From an uncultured Gemmatimonadaceae bacterium (GTDB taxonomy: Bacteria; Gemmatimonadota; Gemmatimonadetes; Gemmatimonadales; Gemmatimonadaceae), in the NCBI GenBank assembly GCA_963817955.1, contig CAWFQK010000009.1:32001-96000 (forward strand): DNA of 64,000 nt, read 5' to 3'. Under the pieces are notes generated by a model that saw only the letters and a list, made by a program, of their open reading frames with translations, did not search any database and was not told the DNA's origin. This document shows positions 40,637 to 49,420 of the stretch, piece after piece. Position 1 is the first letter of the stretch. The number at the start of each line of letters is the position of its first letter. Both the position numbers and the translations under genes were made by a program.

Positions 40637-42667
40637 ATGAGCGTCCGCGTCAAGCACCTGACGATCGAACACGTCGGTGTCGTCGGTTCGGGCCAGATCG
40701 GGCCCGACATCGCCCTGCATTTCGCCAAAGCGCTGCACGAGCGCGGCGTCACCGTCACCGTTGTCGATGTCGCGCCGGAAGCGCTCGAGCGCGGCCGCGC
40801 GAAGCTCGAGCATAAAGTCGCCAAGGCGCGAGAGACCGGCGCGTTCACCCCTGCGGCTGCCGACGCCATTCAGGCCGCCGTCCAATTCACCACGGATTAC
40901 GAGGCGCTCCGCGGCGCCGACCTCGTGATCGAGGCCGCCACTGAAAATCTCGCGGTCAAGCGCCGCATCTTTGCGCAACTCGAGGCGCTGTGCGCCCCGA
41001 CCACCGTCCTCGCCTCCAACTCGTCACATATCGAACCGGCGCTCATTTTCGAGCAACTGCAGCACCGCGAACGTGCGCTGGTCGTTCACTATTTCTTCCC
41101 CGCCGAGCGCAACCCGCTGGTCGAGGTCGTGCCCGTGCCGGATCCGCGCGGCACCGATCCGGCGCTCACGGAAGCCATGATGGCGCTGTACGAGGAGATT
41201 GGCAAAGTGCCGATTCTCGTCGGCAGCAGATACGGCTACGCGGTGAATCCGGTGTTCGAGGGACTCTTCCTCGCCGCCGCGTTGGCTGTGGAAGAAGGGT
41301 TGGGCACAACCACGGAAGTGGACGCTGCCGCGCGCCATGCGCTCCGTCTCGGCATCGGGCCGTTCACCGCCATGAACCTCACTGGTGGCAATCCCATCAC
41401 GAGCCACGCGCTCGATGAGTACACCTCGCGAGTGGGTCCGTGGTTCCGAACGCCGCAACTCATGAAAGAGGCGATGGTCTCCGGTGCGCCGTGGACCGTG
41501 CCGAAACGCGATGAGAAGGTGGTGCTGCCGCCCGACCGCGAGCAACGGATTGCCGACAGCATGTTGGGCGCCTACTTCGGCATCTGCGGCGAGATCCTCG
41601 ACAGCGGCATCGTCTCGCTGTCCGATCTCGAACTTGGCGTGGAGACCGGCCTGGCCATGCGCGCGCCGTTCGCGTTCATGAACGACATTGGAGTGGCCCA
41701 CGCGCTGGAACTCGTCCAGTCATACGCCGCAGCGCACGAGGGATTTCCGGTTCCGCGCTGTCTCGTCGAGCAGGCGAAGGCTGGCACGCCGTTCCAGATC
41801 GACCGTGTCCTCCGTCGCGATATCGGCTCGGTCGCCGTCCTGACGATTCGCCGCCCGCAGGTGCTCAACGCGCTGAACGACGACGTCTACGCTGAGCTCC
41901 ATCGTCATTTCTTGGCGTTGCGCGACGACGCCCAAATCGACGGGGTGGTGCTGACGGGGTTTGGCACGAAAGCGTTCGTGTCTGGTGCCGACGTCAACTT
42001 CCTGGCGAACATCACGACCCCAGCTCACGGCGTGGCAACATCGGAACGCTCGAAGCTCGCGGGCGATCTCATCGAGAGTCTCGGGAAGCCTGTGATCTGT
42101 GCACTCAACGGCTTCGCGCTCGGCGGCGGAAACGAGCTCGCACTCTGCTGCTCGGCGCGCATGGTGAAGAAGGGGCTGTCTGTCGCGGTCTCACAGCCGG
42201 AGGCGAACCTCGGGATCGTACCGGGCGCCGGTGCGACGCAACGCTTGCCGCGGCTTGTCGGCGTCGAGCTTGCGGCGTCGATGCTGCGGACCGGCCGCTC
42301 GTTGTCCGGGTTGGAGGCCGTGGCGTGTGGACTGATTCGCGAGGAGGTGGACGGTGACTTGCTTGCTGCCGCGGTGACGCTGGCGCGCGACGCGGCCGCG
42401 GGACGGGTGAAACTCAAGACCGTCGATCCTCAGCCAGTTGGCGTGTTGCCGGCGCTGCCTGCTGTGGACCTCGGGCATCGCAGCCGCGCGATCGATGCAC
42501 TGATCTGTCGCGCCATTACCGAGGGCTGTCAGCGTCCGCTGCGCGAGGGGCTACGCTTCGAGTCGGAGATGTTCGGCGCCTGCTGTGCGACGGAGGACAT
42601 GCGCATCGGTGTCCGGACGTTCCAGGAGAGCGGACCGCGCGCCAAGGCAGCTTTTGTGCACCGGTGA
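40637..42667 (+). CDS. 3-hydroxyacyl-CoA dehydrogenase / enoyl-CoA hydratase bifunctional protein
   Basis: GVVGSGQIG, IEAATE, ASNSSH, HYFFP; C-terminal crotonase AFVSGAD, ALGGGNEL, PEANLGIVPGAGATQRLPR. Confidence 0.92.
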   Translation: MSVRVKHLTIEHVGVVGSGQIGPDIALHFAKALHERGVTVTVVDVAPEALERGRAKLEHKVAKARETGAFTPAAADAIQAAVQFTTDYEALRGADLVIEAATENLAVKRRIFAQLEALCAPTTVLASNSSHIEPALIFEQLQHRERALVVHYFFPAERNPLVEVVPVPDPRGTDPALTEAMMALYEEIGKVPILVGSRYGYAVNPVFEGLFLAAALAVEEGLGTTTEVDAAARHALRLGIGPFTAMNLTGGNPITSHALDEYTSRVGPWFRTPQLMKEAMVSGAPWTVPKRDEKVVLPPDREQRIADSMLGAYFGICGEILDSGIVSLSDLELGVETGLAMRAPFAFMNDIGVAHALELVQSYAAAHEGFPVPRCLVEQAKAGTPFQIDRVLRRDIGSVAVLTIRRPQVLNALNDDVYAELHRHFLALRDDAQIDGVVLTGFGTKAFVSGADVNFLANITTPAHGVATSERSKLAGDLIESLGKPVICALNGFALGGGNELALCCSARMVKKGLSVAVSQPEANLGIVPGAGATQRLPRLVGVELAASMLRTGRSLSGLEAVACGLIREEVDGDLLAAAVTLARDAAAGRVKLKTVDPQPVGVLPALPAVDLGHRSRAIDALICRAITEGCQRPLREGLRFESEMFGACCATEDMRIGVRTFQESGPRAKAAFVHR

Positions 42668-42912
42668 CGGTGGGTTTGGCGATTGAGGTGCAAAAGTCGA
42701 TGCATTTCAATCGGGCAGGGTAGCTTGTGCCAAAGCTCGAACGGCTAGAGCTTCCATGTGCGGACAAAGCGGCTTAACGCTTCGCGAGCGAGCTCCACAG
42801 CACGTTTGCTGCCGATGTGGAGCGGAAGGTGCGTCATGAGGATCGGCCACCGCCAACTTCGGCGGCTGACGCCAGTAGTTACACACAACGTTTTCGCTTG
42901 GAGACCGGCACG

Positions 42913-43218
42913 ATGCGCACGAAAGGGACAGTGAAGTGGTTCAACAACGACAAGGGGTTCGGGTTCATCACCCCTGAGGACGGCAGCAAGGACCTGTTCG
43001 TCCATCATTCGGCCATCCAAGGCGGCGGTTTCAAGTCGCTCGACGAAGGCGAGAGTGTGGAGTTCGACGTCGTGCAGGGGCAGAAGGGACCGGCCGCTGA
43101 GAACGTGACGCGGCTCGGCGGCGGAACGCCTGGCGGCAGTGGTGGTGGTGGCGGCCGTGGTGAAGGCCGTGGTGGATACGGCGGTGGTGGCGGCGGCGGT
43201 CGCGGTCGCGGCTACTAA
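42913..43218 (+). CDS. csp: Cold-shock protein with Gly/Arg-rich tail
   Basis: [31 protein letters not shown]. Confidence 0.95.
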   Translation: MRTKGTVKWFNNDKGFGFITPEDGSKDLFVHHSAIQGGGFKSLDEGESVEFDVVQGQKGPAAENVTRLGGGTPGGSGGGGGRGEGRGGYGGGGGGGRGRGY

Positions 43219-43237
43219 GCAGCCTCAAGCAATCACA

Positions 43238-43277
43238 GCCGGCCCCGGCGCTCGTTCACTCGAGCGCCGGGGCCGGT
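43238..43277 (+). terminator. GC-rich hairpin after csp
   Basis: ccggccccggcgctcg-ttcact-cgagcgccggggccgg; weak U tract. Confidence 0.65.
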
Positions 43278-43408
43278 CTGCATTTCCGCAGGTCGTTGCA
43301 TTAGCGCAACAGACTGAAGCGTTCATGCGACGGAAAGCGTCGCCGACGGCACGACCCATGACGGCACCAAGCCTCGCATATTGAGAACGTCAGCAACGGG
43401 AGTGCCTG

Positions 43409-44599
43409 ATGGCCGGCAAGACGCGAACGATCGCAATTCTGACGGGTGGCGGCGATGTCCCGGGTCTCAACCCTGCAATTCGCGCCATCACGATCCGTGC
43501 ACTGCGCGAAGGGAATCGTGTCATCGGGATTCGGCGCGGATGGGCGGGCCTCGTGGATTACGTGCGCGACACGGGTGCGGACAATAGCGAGAACGTTCGC
43601 GATCTGTCGGAAGCGATCGTCAACCGCGCGGGACGCACTGGCGGGACGTTTCTGCACACGTCACGCACGCGGCCGAGCCACTTGCCGCGCGCTCGCGTGC
43701 CACAGCACATGACGGGGTACACGAACGAGATCAACGACGTCACGGTGGACGTGCTCAAGAATCTCGAGCACATCGGCGTCGACGTGTTGATTCCGATCGG
43801 TGGCGATGACACCCTCAGCTACGCCAAGCGGCTGCATGACGAGGGCGTGCACGTCGTCGCCATTCCGAAGACGATGGACAACGATGTCTACGGCACCGAC
43901 TACTGCATCGGATTCAGCACGTGCGTCACGCGCACGATCGAGTTGACGCACACCCTGCGCACATCGGCCGGATCACATGAGCGTTTTCTGGTGATCGAAG
44001 TGTTCGGCCGGTACGCGGGCTTCACCGCACTGCTCCCGACCATGGCGGGTGCAGCCGACCGTTGCGTCATCCCCGAGTACCCGGTGGACGTCGAGCATCT
44101 GTCGGAACTGATGACGTATGACCGCAACCGACACCCGAGCCACTATTCGGTTGTGCTCGTATCGGAGGGAGCGGGGCTCACGACGCAGCAGGGGATGAGC
44201 TTCGAGGGCGAGGAAAAGGACATGTTCGGGCATCGGAAGCTCGGCGGTATCGGTGACAAAGTCGCCGCGGCGCTCAAGGAGTACTCGCCGAAATTCAACA
44301 ATGGCCGTCGCATTGACGTGGTCAATCAGCGGCTCGGCTACCTCGTCCGCTCGGGCGATCCGGACGCGCTCGACTCCATCGTACCAATGGTGTTCGGCAA
44401 CCTCGCGTTGGATCTGATTCTCAAGAAGCAGTACGGGCGTCTGGTCAGCATCCACCGTGGTTTTTACGACAGCGTGCCCATCCAGAGCGTGACGTCGGAG
44501 AAGAAGGTGGTGAACGTGCCGAAGTACTACAGCACCGAGCGGCTGCGGCCGATCTATGAGTTCGAGGGTGCGCCGCTGTTCGTCATGACGAGCGACTGA
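43409..44599 (+). CDS. Phosphofructokinase, probably PPi-dependent
   Basis: TGGGDVPGLN, GGDDT, PKTMDND, EVFGRYAG, LGYLVRSG. Confidence 0.9.
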   Translation: MAGKTRTIAILTGGGDVPGLNPAIRAITIRALREGNRVIGIRRGWAGLVDYVRDTGADNSENVRDLSEAIVNRAGRTGGTFLHTSRTRPSHLPRARVPQHMTGYTNEINDVTVDVLKNLEHIGVDVLIPIGGDDTLSYAKRLHDEGVHVVAIPKTMDNDVYGTDYCIGFSTCVTRTIELTHTLRTSAGSHERFLVIEVFGRYAGFTALLPTMAGAADRCVIPEYPVDVEHLSELMTYDRNRHPSHYSVVLVSEGAGLTTQQGMSFEGEEKDMFGHRKLGGIGDKVAAALKEYSPKFNNGRRIDVVNQRLGYLVRSGDPDALDSIVPMVFGNLALDLILKKQYGRLVSIHRGFYDSVPIQSVTSEKKVVNVPKYYSTERLRPIYEFEGAPLFVMTSD

Positions 44600-44649
44600 T
44601 ACCGGTCGTGGGTTGCGCCGCCGGTGACCCGCCCGTACGTTGAAAAACG

Positions 44650-44730
44650 ATGGTCAATCGCGCGGCCGCCCACCCCTTCTTTTTTAGCAGCTTTCGGAGT
44701 TCCGGGAGCCGCTGGCGTGTGCACATCTAA
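44650..44730 (+). CDS. Phe-rich attenuator leader peptide MVNRAAAHPFFFSSFRSSGSRWRVHI
   Basis: TTC TTT TTT ... TTT codons directly upstream of a terminator and pheA. Confidence 0.8.
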   Translation: MVNRAAAHPFFFSSFRSSGSRWRVHI

Positions 44731-44757
44731 GTAGCTGAAATCCAAACGCCTCCAGAC

Positions 44758-44785
44758 GCTCCCGAAGAACTTCGGGAGCTTTTTT
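44758..44785 (+). terminator. Attenuator terminator upstream of pheA
   Basis: gctcccgaag-aa-cttcgggagc followed by T6, 27 nt before the pheA ATG. Confidence 0.85.
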
Positions 44786-44812
44786 GTATTCCCAAATCCG
44801 GATTTCCGTCCT

Positions 44813-45493
44813 ATGACTGCGTATCATCCCGGCAGCCTGGCCGCGGCGCCACGTTCCGCGGACGAGCCCGCCTTCCTCCCGCGCGTCGGATATCAGGGGG
44901 TCGCGGGCGCTTTCGGCGAAGACGCCGTTTGCCGCCGCTGGCAGGGTCGTGCACAGCCGCACCCTATGCGTACCTTCGGCGGCGTTCTCGATGCGCTGTC
45001 GAGCGGCGACGTCGAGTGGGCGGTCGTTCCGGTGTGGAATTCCGCCATCGGGCGCATCGCTTCGGCGTGGGACGCGCTCGATGAGCACGCCGAGGCCATC
45101 GTTTGCGTCGATGAGATCGACATGCCCGTGCAGCATTGCTTGCTCGCGCTTCCTGGATCGTCGATCGAAGACATCCGTTACGTGGGCAGTCACCCGGCGG
45201 CGCTCGCGCAGTGTGCCCAGTTGTTCGACGAACGCCGCGGCCTGATCGCCTGCGACGCATTCGATACGGCCGGCGCCGCGCTCGAGTTGTCGCGTCATGT
45301 CGATCGGGCATCGTTCGCCGAGCCGTGGTACGCCTGCCTGGAGGTCGACGGGCCTTCGCGTCTCGCAGTGATTGCCAGCGAGAGTGCTGCCCGCTGCTAT
45401 GGGTTGGCGGTTCTCGAACGGAGCGTGCAGGACGACGCGGAGAACGTCACGCGCTTCGCGGTCATTCGGGCCAGGGCAGGGACGCCATGTTGA
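44813..45493 (+). CDS. pheA: Prephenate dehydratase, catalytic domain only
   Basis: VGYQGVAGAFGE, VVPVWNS..G, SHPAALAQC, DTAGAA, VQDDAENVTRF. Confidence 0.88.
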   Translation: MTAYHPGSLAAAPRSADEPAFLPRVGYQGVAGAFGEDAVCRRWQGRAQPHPMRTFGGVLDALSSGDVEWAVVPVWNSAIGRIASAWDALDEHAEAIVCVDEIDMPVQHCLLALPGSSIEDIRYVGSHPAALAQCAQLFDERRGLIACDAFDTAGAALELSRHVDRASFAEPWYACLEVDGPSRLAVIASESAARCYGLAVLERSVQDDAENVTRFAVIRARAGTPC

Positions 45494-46677
45494 CCATTCG
45501 TCGTCACGTTGAGCCAGCGACGTCGGTGCTCTCGTTCGTTGCGGCCGCACGTTCCCTGGAGGAGCAGGGGAATCGAGTTGCCCGACTCGACATCGGCGAG
45601 CCACACTTCGCGACGGCCCCTCACATCATCGAGGCCGCCGCCGCGGCGATGCGAAACGGGCGCACGAAGTACGTGGCGCCGCAAGGCTTGCCGCTGCTTC
45701 GTCAGGCGATCGCGGAGTTCGCGGCCGTGCGCGGCCTGGATGCGTCGGCGCACGAAGTCGTCGTGTCGTCCGGCGTCAAACCGATGTTGGCGTATGTGCT
45801 GCTTGCCCTCGTGCAGCGGGGCGACGACGTGCTCGTTCCGGAGAGCGGGTACGCCGGCTATGCGGCGGCCGCACGATTGGCTGGAGCGTCCGCGCGAGGC
45901 TACCCGGTGGTTCCCTGCGGGGACGCCGTCCGTATTGATCTCGACGCGCTCGAGCGTTCGATCACGCCGGCAACACGCGTGCTCGTGCTCAATTCGCCGC
46001 ATAATCCCAGCGGTATGATCATCGATCGAGTGACGGTGTTCCGGCTCGCCGAAATCGCCGAGCAACACGATTTATGGATTGTGAGCGATGAGATCTATCA
46101 TGCGCTGACCTACGATGGCGGACCAGCGACGAGCATCGCGAGCGTGCCGGGAATGCGGCGGCGCACGATCGTGGTGGATGGATTCTCGAAGGCGTACGCC
46201 ATGACCGGTTGGCGGCTCGGGTTCGCTATTCTGCCGCCCGCGCTCGTCGCGACCATCACGAGCATCGTGGCCGATGCAGCGACGTGCACGCCGTCCTTCG
46301 TGCAGCATGCGGGCGTCGCGGCGTTGACGGGGCCGCAGGACTCCGTATACGACATGCGGCGCACGTACCGTGAGAATCGAGACCTGCTGGTTGGTCGGCT
46401 GCGCGCCATGCCGGGCGTTCGCATCGTGGCGCCTGCGGGGGCGCTCTACGCGTTCGCCGACGTCACGGACGTGATGAACAGGATGGGGACGACTTCGAGC
46501 GCCGCTGCCGCGATGGATCTCCTCGAACGCTATCGAGTCGCGTGCGTGCCGGGCACGGCCTTCGGGCCATGCGGAGCGGGGTACCTGCGCCTGTCCTTCG
46601 CCATTGCTGCCGATCAATTGGCGGGCGCAATTCTCTGCCTGGAGCAGTGGGCGCGGGACACGGGACATGAGATATGA
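45487..46677 (+). CDS. PLP-dependent class I/II aminotransferase
   Basis: IGEPHF, NSPHNPSG, SDEIY, GFSKAYAMTGWRLG, YLRLSFA. Overlaps the pheA stop. Confidence 0.92.
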   Translation: MLTIRRHVEPATSVLSFVAAARSLEEQGNRVARLDIGEPHFATAPHIIEAAAAAMRNGRTKYVAPQGLPLLRQAIAEFAAVRGLDASAHEVVVSSGVKPMLAYVLLALVQRGDDVLVPESGYAGYAAAARLAGASARGYPVVPCGDAVRIDLDALERSITPATRVLVLNSPHNPSGMIIDRVTVFRLAEIAEQHDLWIVSDEIYHALTYDGGPATSIASVPGMRRRTIVVDGFSKAYAMTGWRLGFAILPPALVATITSIVADAATCTPSFVQHAGVAALTGPQDSVYDMRRTYRENRDLLVGRLRAMPGVRIVAPAGALYAFADVTDVMNRMGTTSSAAAAMDLLERYRVACVPGTAFGPCGAGYLRLSFAIAADQLAGAILCLEQWARDTGHEI

Positions 46678-46793
46678 GACAACGGGTGTCTGACAAAGAA
46701 CTATTAGCAGGGCAGGCAGCTCAGCCGGAGTAACTTTCTTCTGCATGGCGCCCGCCGCTGCACGCACCTCCCACCCGCGAACCGCCGGATACC

Positions 46794-48584
46794 GTGCCTC
46801 ACCATCATCTCGTCATCGCATGCGTACTGGGCGTGAGTTTCGCCGAGATCGCTGGCGCGCAGGCAGGTCCCGCGGTGGTCGATACCGTAGTGATCGTCGC
46901 GTCGCGAACGCACACCGGCGACAGCGGCAGGAGCGTCGACGTCATTTCGCGCGCGGACATTGCACGATCCGGGGCGCGGACGATCGCCGACGTGCTTGCC
47001 CAAGCGATGGACGTCGACGTCTCGCCCCGTTCATCCGCGCAGGCCGACGTTTCCATCCGTGGTAGCTCCGCCGAGCAAGTGGTGATTCTCGTTGACGGCG
47101 TTCGCATGTCGGATGTGCAATCCGCGCACTATGCAATGGATCTCGCGGTGCCGCTGGCGTCGGTCGAGCGGGTCGAAATCCTGCGCGGTGCGGGCTCGGC
47201 GCTCTATGGACCTGACGCGATTGGAGGCGTCATCAACATCGTGACGCGGCGAGATGCGCCATCGGTCGTGGGGGTGCGCGGCGGGAGCTTCGGTACCGTC
47301 GGCGGCTCCGTCGTCACCTCGTCCAAGGCGGATGGAGTCTCGATCGTGTCCAGTGCAGATTATGAGAAATCTGACGGGCATCGTGACGGAAGTGACTACC
47401 GTGACGGCCAGGGACGGGTGTCGCTTCTCGTGCCGACGGCGCGGGGGCTGATGCGGACCAATGTTGGCCTCGGCGTGCGCGACTTTGGCGCGGCTGACTT
47501 CTATGCGCCCTATAATTCGGTAGAACGTACGGCGACGACGACCGTGGACTCTCGTTGGGAAGGTGGAGTTGGGCCGTGGTCGGTGTCGCTTGGTGGCAAT
47601 ACGCGACGGCACCAGGATCACTACGTCTTGGTTCGCGGCGATCCGGCCCTGTATGAGAACCGACATGAGAGCTGGCAATCGGGCGGCGACGTCACCGCCC
47701 GGTCGATGGCGGGTCCGCTCGCCCTCGCGATCGGCGCCGAAGGCGTGCACGACCAGTTGTCCAGCGCGCGGCTTGGCGGCCGGCGCGAGTCGAGGCTTGG
47801 TGCGTTCGCCGAAGGCAGTCTTGGGTCAGCCTCCTCGGCCGAGGCGGATTTTGGGGTTCGTGGCGACCGCTCCTCCGCGTACGGAGCATTCTTTTCGCCA
47901 TCGCTGAGTGCGACCGCGCGCCTCAGCGACTGGCTGCAGCTGCGAACGAGCGGAGCCGGGGGTTTTCGCGCGCCCACATGGACCGAGCGTTACTACATAG
48001 ATCCATCGAATATCGGCGACCCGAATCTGCGGCCGGAGCGTTTCTGGACGGCCGACGCAGGCGCGCGCATCACGGCCTCTCGCCTGTCGGTGGACGTCGC
48101 GGCATTCAGGCGGCGCGCGACGAATCTCATCGATTGGGTACGACCTGCCGGCGCACCGAGCAGCATACCCTGGCAAACGATGAACGTCGGAGACGCGACG
48201 TACGACGGTCTCGAGCTGACGGCCAATCTCCCGCCGATCGCCGGAGTCGCCTACTCCGCCTTTGGCACCGGTCTCAAACTCGAGGCGTCTCCGGGTGATG
48301 CGCTGGTGGGGAAGTACGCGCTTCGTCCTATCACTCGGCAGATTGGACTCCGGGCGGCGCTCGCGCGGAGTGGACCACTCGACGCGCGGATCGACTTGTT
48401 GCACGCTCAGCGCGCGGGCGAGCGTGGATATGTCACGGGGAACGCGCGCCTCGCATGGGCCCGTGCCTCGTACCGTATCACGGCCGATGTCATGAACCTG
48501 ACGGACGCAGAATGGCTCGATGCGTCCGGAAAGATCGTCGCGAGCCGGGGCGTCTATATCGGTTTGGAGCGCGCGCTACCGTGA
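46794..48584 (+). CDS. TonB-dependent receptor (BtuB-like plug)
   Basis: DTVVIVASR, SIRGSSAEQVVILVDG, ERVEILRGAGSALYGPDAIGGVINIVT, FRAPT...GDPNLRPE. Confidence 0.92.
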   Translation: MPHHHLVIACVLGVSFAEIAGAQAGPAVVDTVVIVASRTHTGDSGRSVDVISRADIARSGARTIADVLAQAMDVDVSPRSSAQADVSIRGSSAEQVVILVDGVRMSDVQSAHYAMDLAVPLASVERVEILRGAGSALYGPDAIGGVINIVTRRDAPSVVGVRGGSFGTVGGSVVTSSKADGVSIVSSADYEKSDGHRDGSDYRDGQGRVSLLVPTARGLMRTNVGLGVRDFGAADFYAPYNSVERTATTTVDSRWEGGVGPWSVSLGGNTRRHQDHYVLVRGDPALYENRHESWQSGGDVTARSMAGPLALAIGAEGVHDQLSSARLGGRRESRLGAFAEGSLGSASSAEADFGVRGDRSSAYGAFFSPSLSATARLSDWLQLRTSGAGGFRAPTWTERYYIDPSNIGDPNLRPERFWTADAGARITASRLSVDVAAFRRRATNLIDWVRPAGAPSSIPWQTMNVGDATYDGLELTANLPPIAGVAYSAFGTGLKLEASPGDALVGKYALRPITRQIGLRAALARSGPLDARIDLLHAQRAGERGYVTGNARLAWARASYRITADVMNLTDAEWLDASGKIVASRGVYIGLERALP

Positions 48585-48616
48585 GTACGAGGGCACGGCA
48601 ATAGCGTCAATCGGCG

Positions 48617-48665
48617 TGACAGGATATGACAAGAGTTGACACAAGCGCTCAGGAACGGCTAGAAT
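48617..48665 (+). promoter_or_regulatory. sigma70-like promoter with three 10-bp-phased TGACA direct repeats
   Basis: TGACA at 48617, 48627 and 48637; TTGACA(48636)-N18-TAGAAT(48660). Confidence 0.7.
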
Positions 48666-48682
48666 AACCACGCCTCCCTGTC

Positions 48683-49405
48683 TTGTGTCGATTGCCAGAC
48701 CTCCTGAGCCCCAAACAACTCGCCGAGTACCTCCAACTCTCGCAACGGACGATCTACCGTCTGTTGGAGCGTGGTGGCATTCCAGCCGTCAAGGTCGGCG
48801 GCCAGTGGCGCTTTCGAAAAGCCGCCGTCGACGAGTGGCTCGATGTCAGCATGCAGCGTCTCGATGTCGCGTCGCTGCGGGTACTCGAGGACGATGTCGA
48901 GCACCGCATGCCGCCGCCGCCGCTCGCCGATCTCCTGGATCCGACCAACGCGCGAATCGTCGTACCGGTGACTGGTGCGGCCGAGCGGGCCGATGTCGTT
49001 CGTTCGTTCATCGCGCAGGTTCACTTTCCCGAGCCGGTCTCGCCGGACCTTGTCGCCGATCGGGTGCTCGAGCGCGAGGAAATGTGCAGCACGGCTCTCA
49101 CCGACGGCGTTGCGCTGTTACACACACCGCGCAGCCGGCCGCGTGTGCTCGCGTCGCATGACCTGATCGCGATCGGACGCCTGCAGGCGCCAATTGATTT
49201 CAGCGCGATCGACGGCAGTCCGACTGACACATTCATTCTCCTGCTCGCCCGCAGCGAACGCGATCAGCTCGCCCTGCTCGCCAAACTCGCGCGCCTGTGC
49301 CGCGAGCCGGGTTTTCTCGCGGCTCTGCACGATGCGCACGGCGCGAACGACGCGTTGGCGCTGATCCGCACCACCGAACACCGTCTTTTCTCGGGCGCGC
49401 GCTGA
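48683..49405 (+). CDS. Excisionase-like HTH + PTS EIIA(Ntr/Fru) domain protein
   Basis: LSPKQLAEYLQLSQRTIYRL...IPAVKVGGQWRF; EREEMCST...GVALLH...DG. Start uncertain (48683/48692). Confidence 0.88.
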   Translation: MCRLPDLLSPKQLAEYLQLSQRTIYRLLERGGIPAVKVGGQWRFRKAAVDEWLDVSMQRLDVASLRVLEDDVEHRMPPPPLADLLDPTNARIVVPVTGAAERADVVRSFIAQVHFPEPVSPDLVADRVLEREEMCSTALTDGVALLHTPRSRPRVLASHDLIAIGRLQAPIDFSAIDGSPTDTFILLLARSERDQLALLAKLARLCREPGFLAALHDAHGANDALALIRTTEHRLFSGAR

Positions 49406-49420
49406 CGGCGCGCCGTACTC

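Noticed and set aside
39071..40978. 635-aa ORF suggesting a BcrC-BcrB fusion with long N-terminal extension
   Set aside because: The extension is antisense to the HAD/ECH gene and crosses the promoter. A TGATG stop/start overlap lies one frame off at 39314-39318, so the read-through is most likely an indel error.
46680..46793. Cobalamin riboswitch before the BtuB-like receptor
   Set aside because: The intergenic region is short and shows no B12-box; substrate left unassigned.
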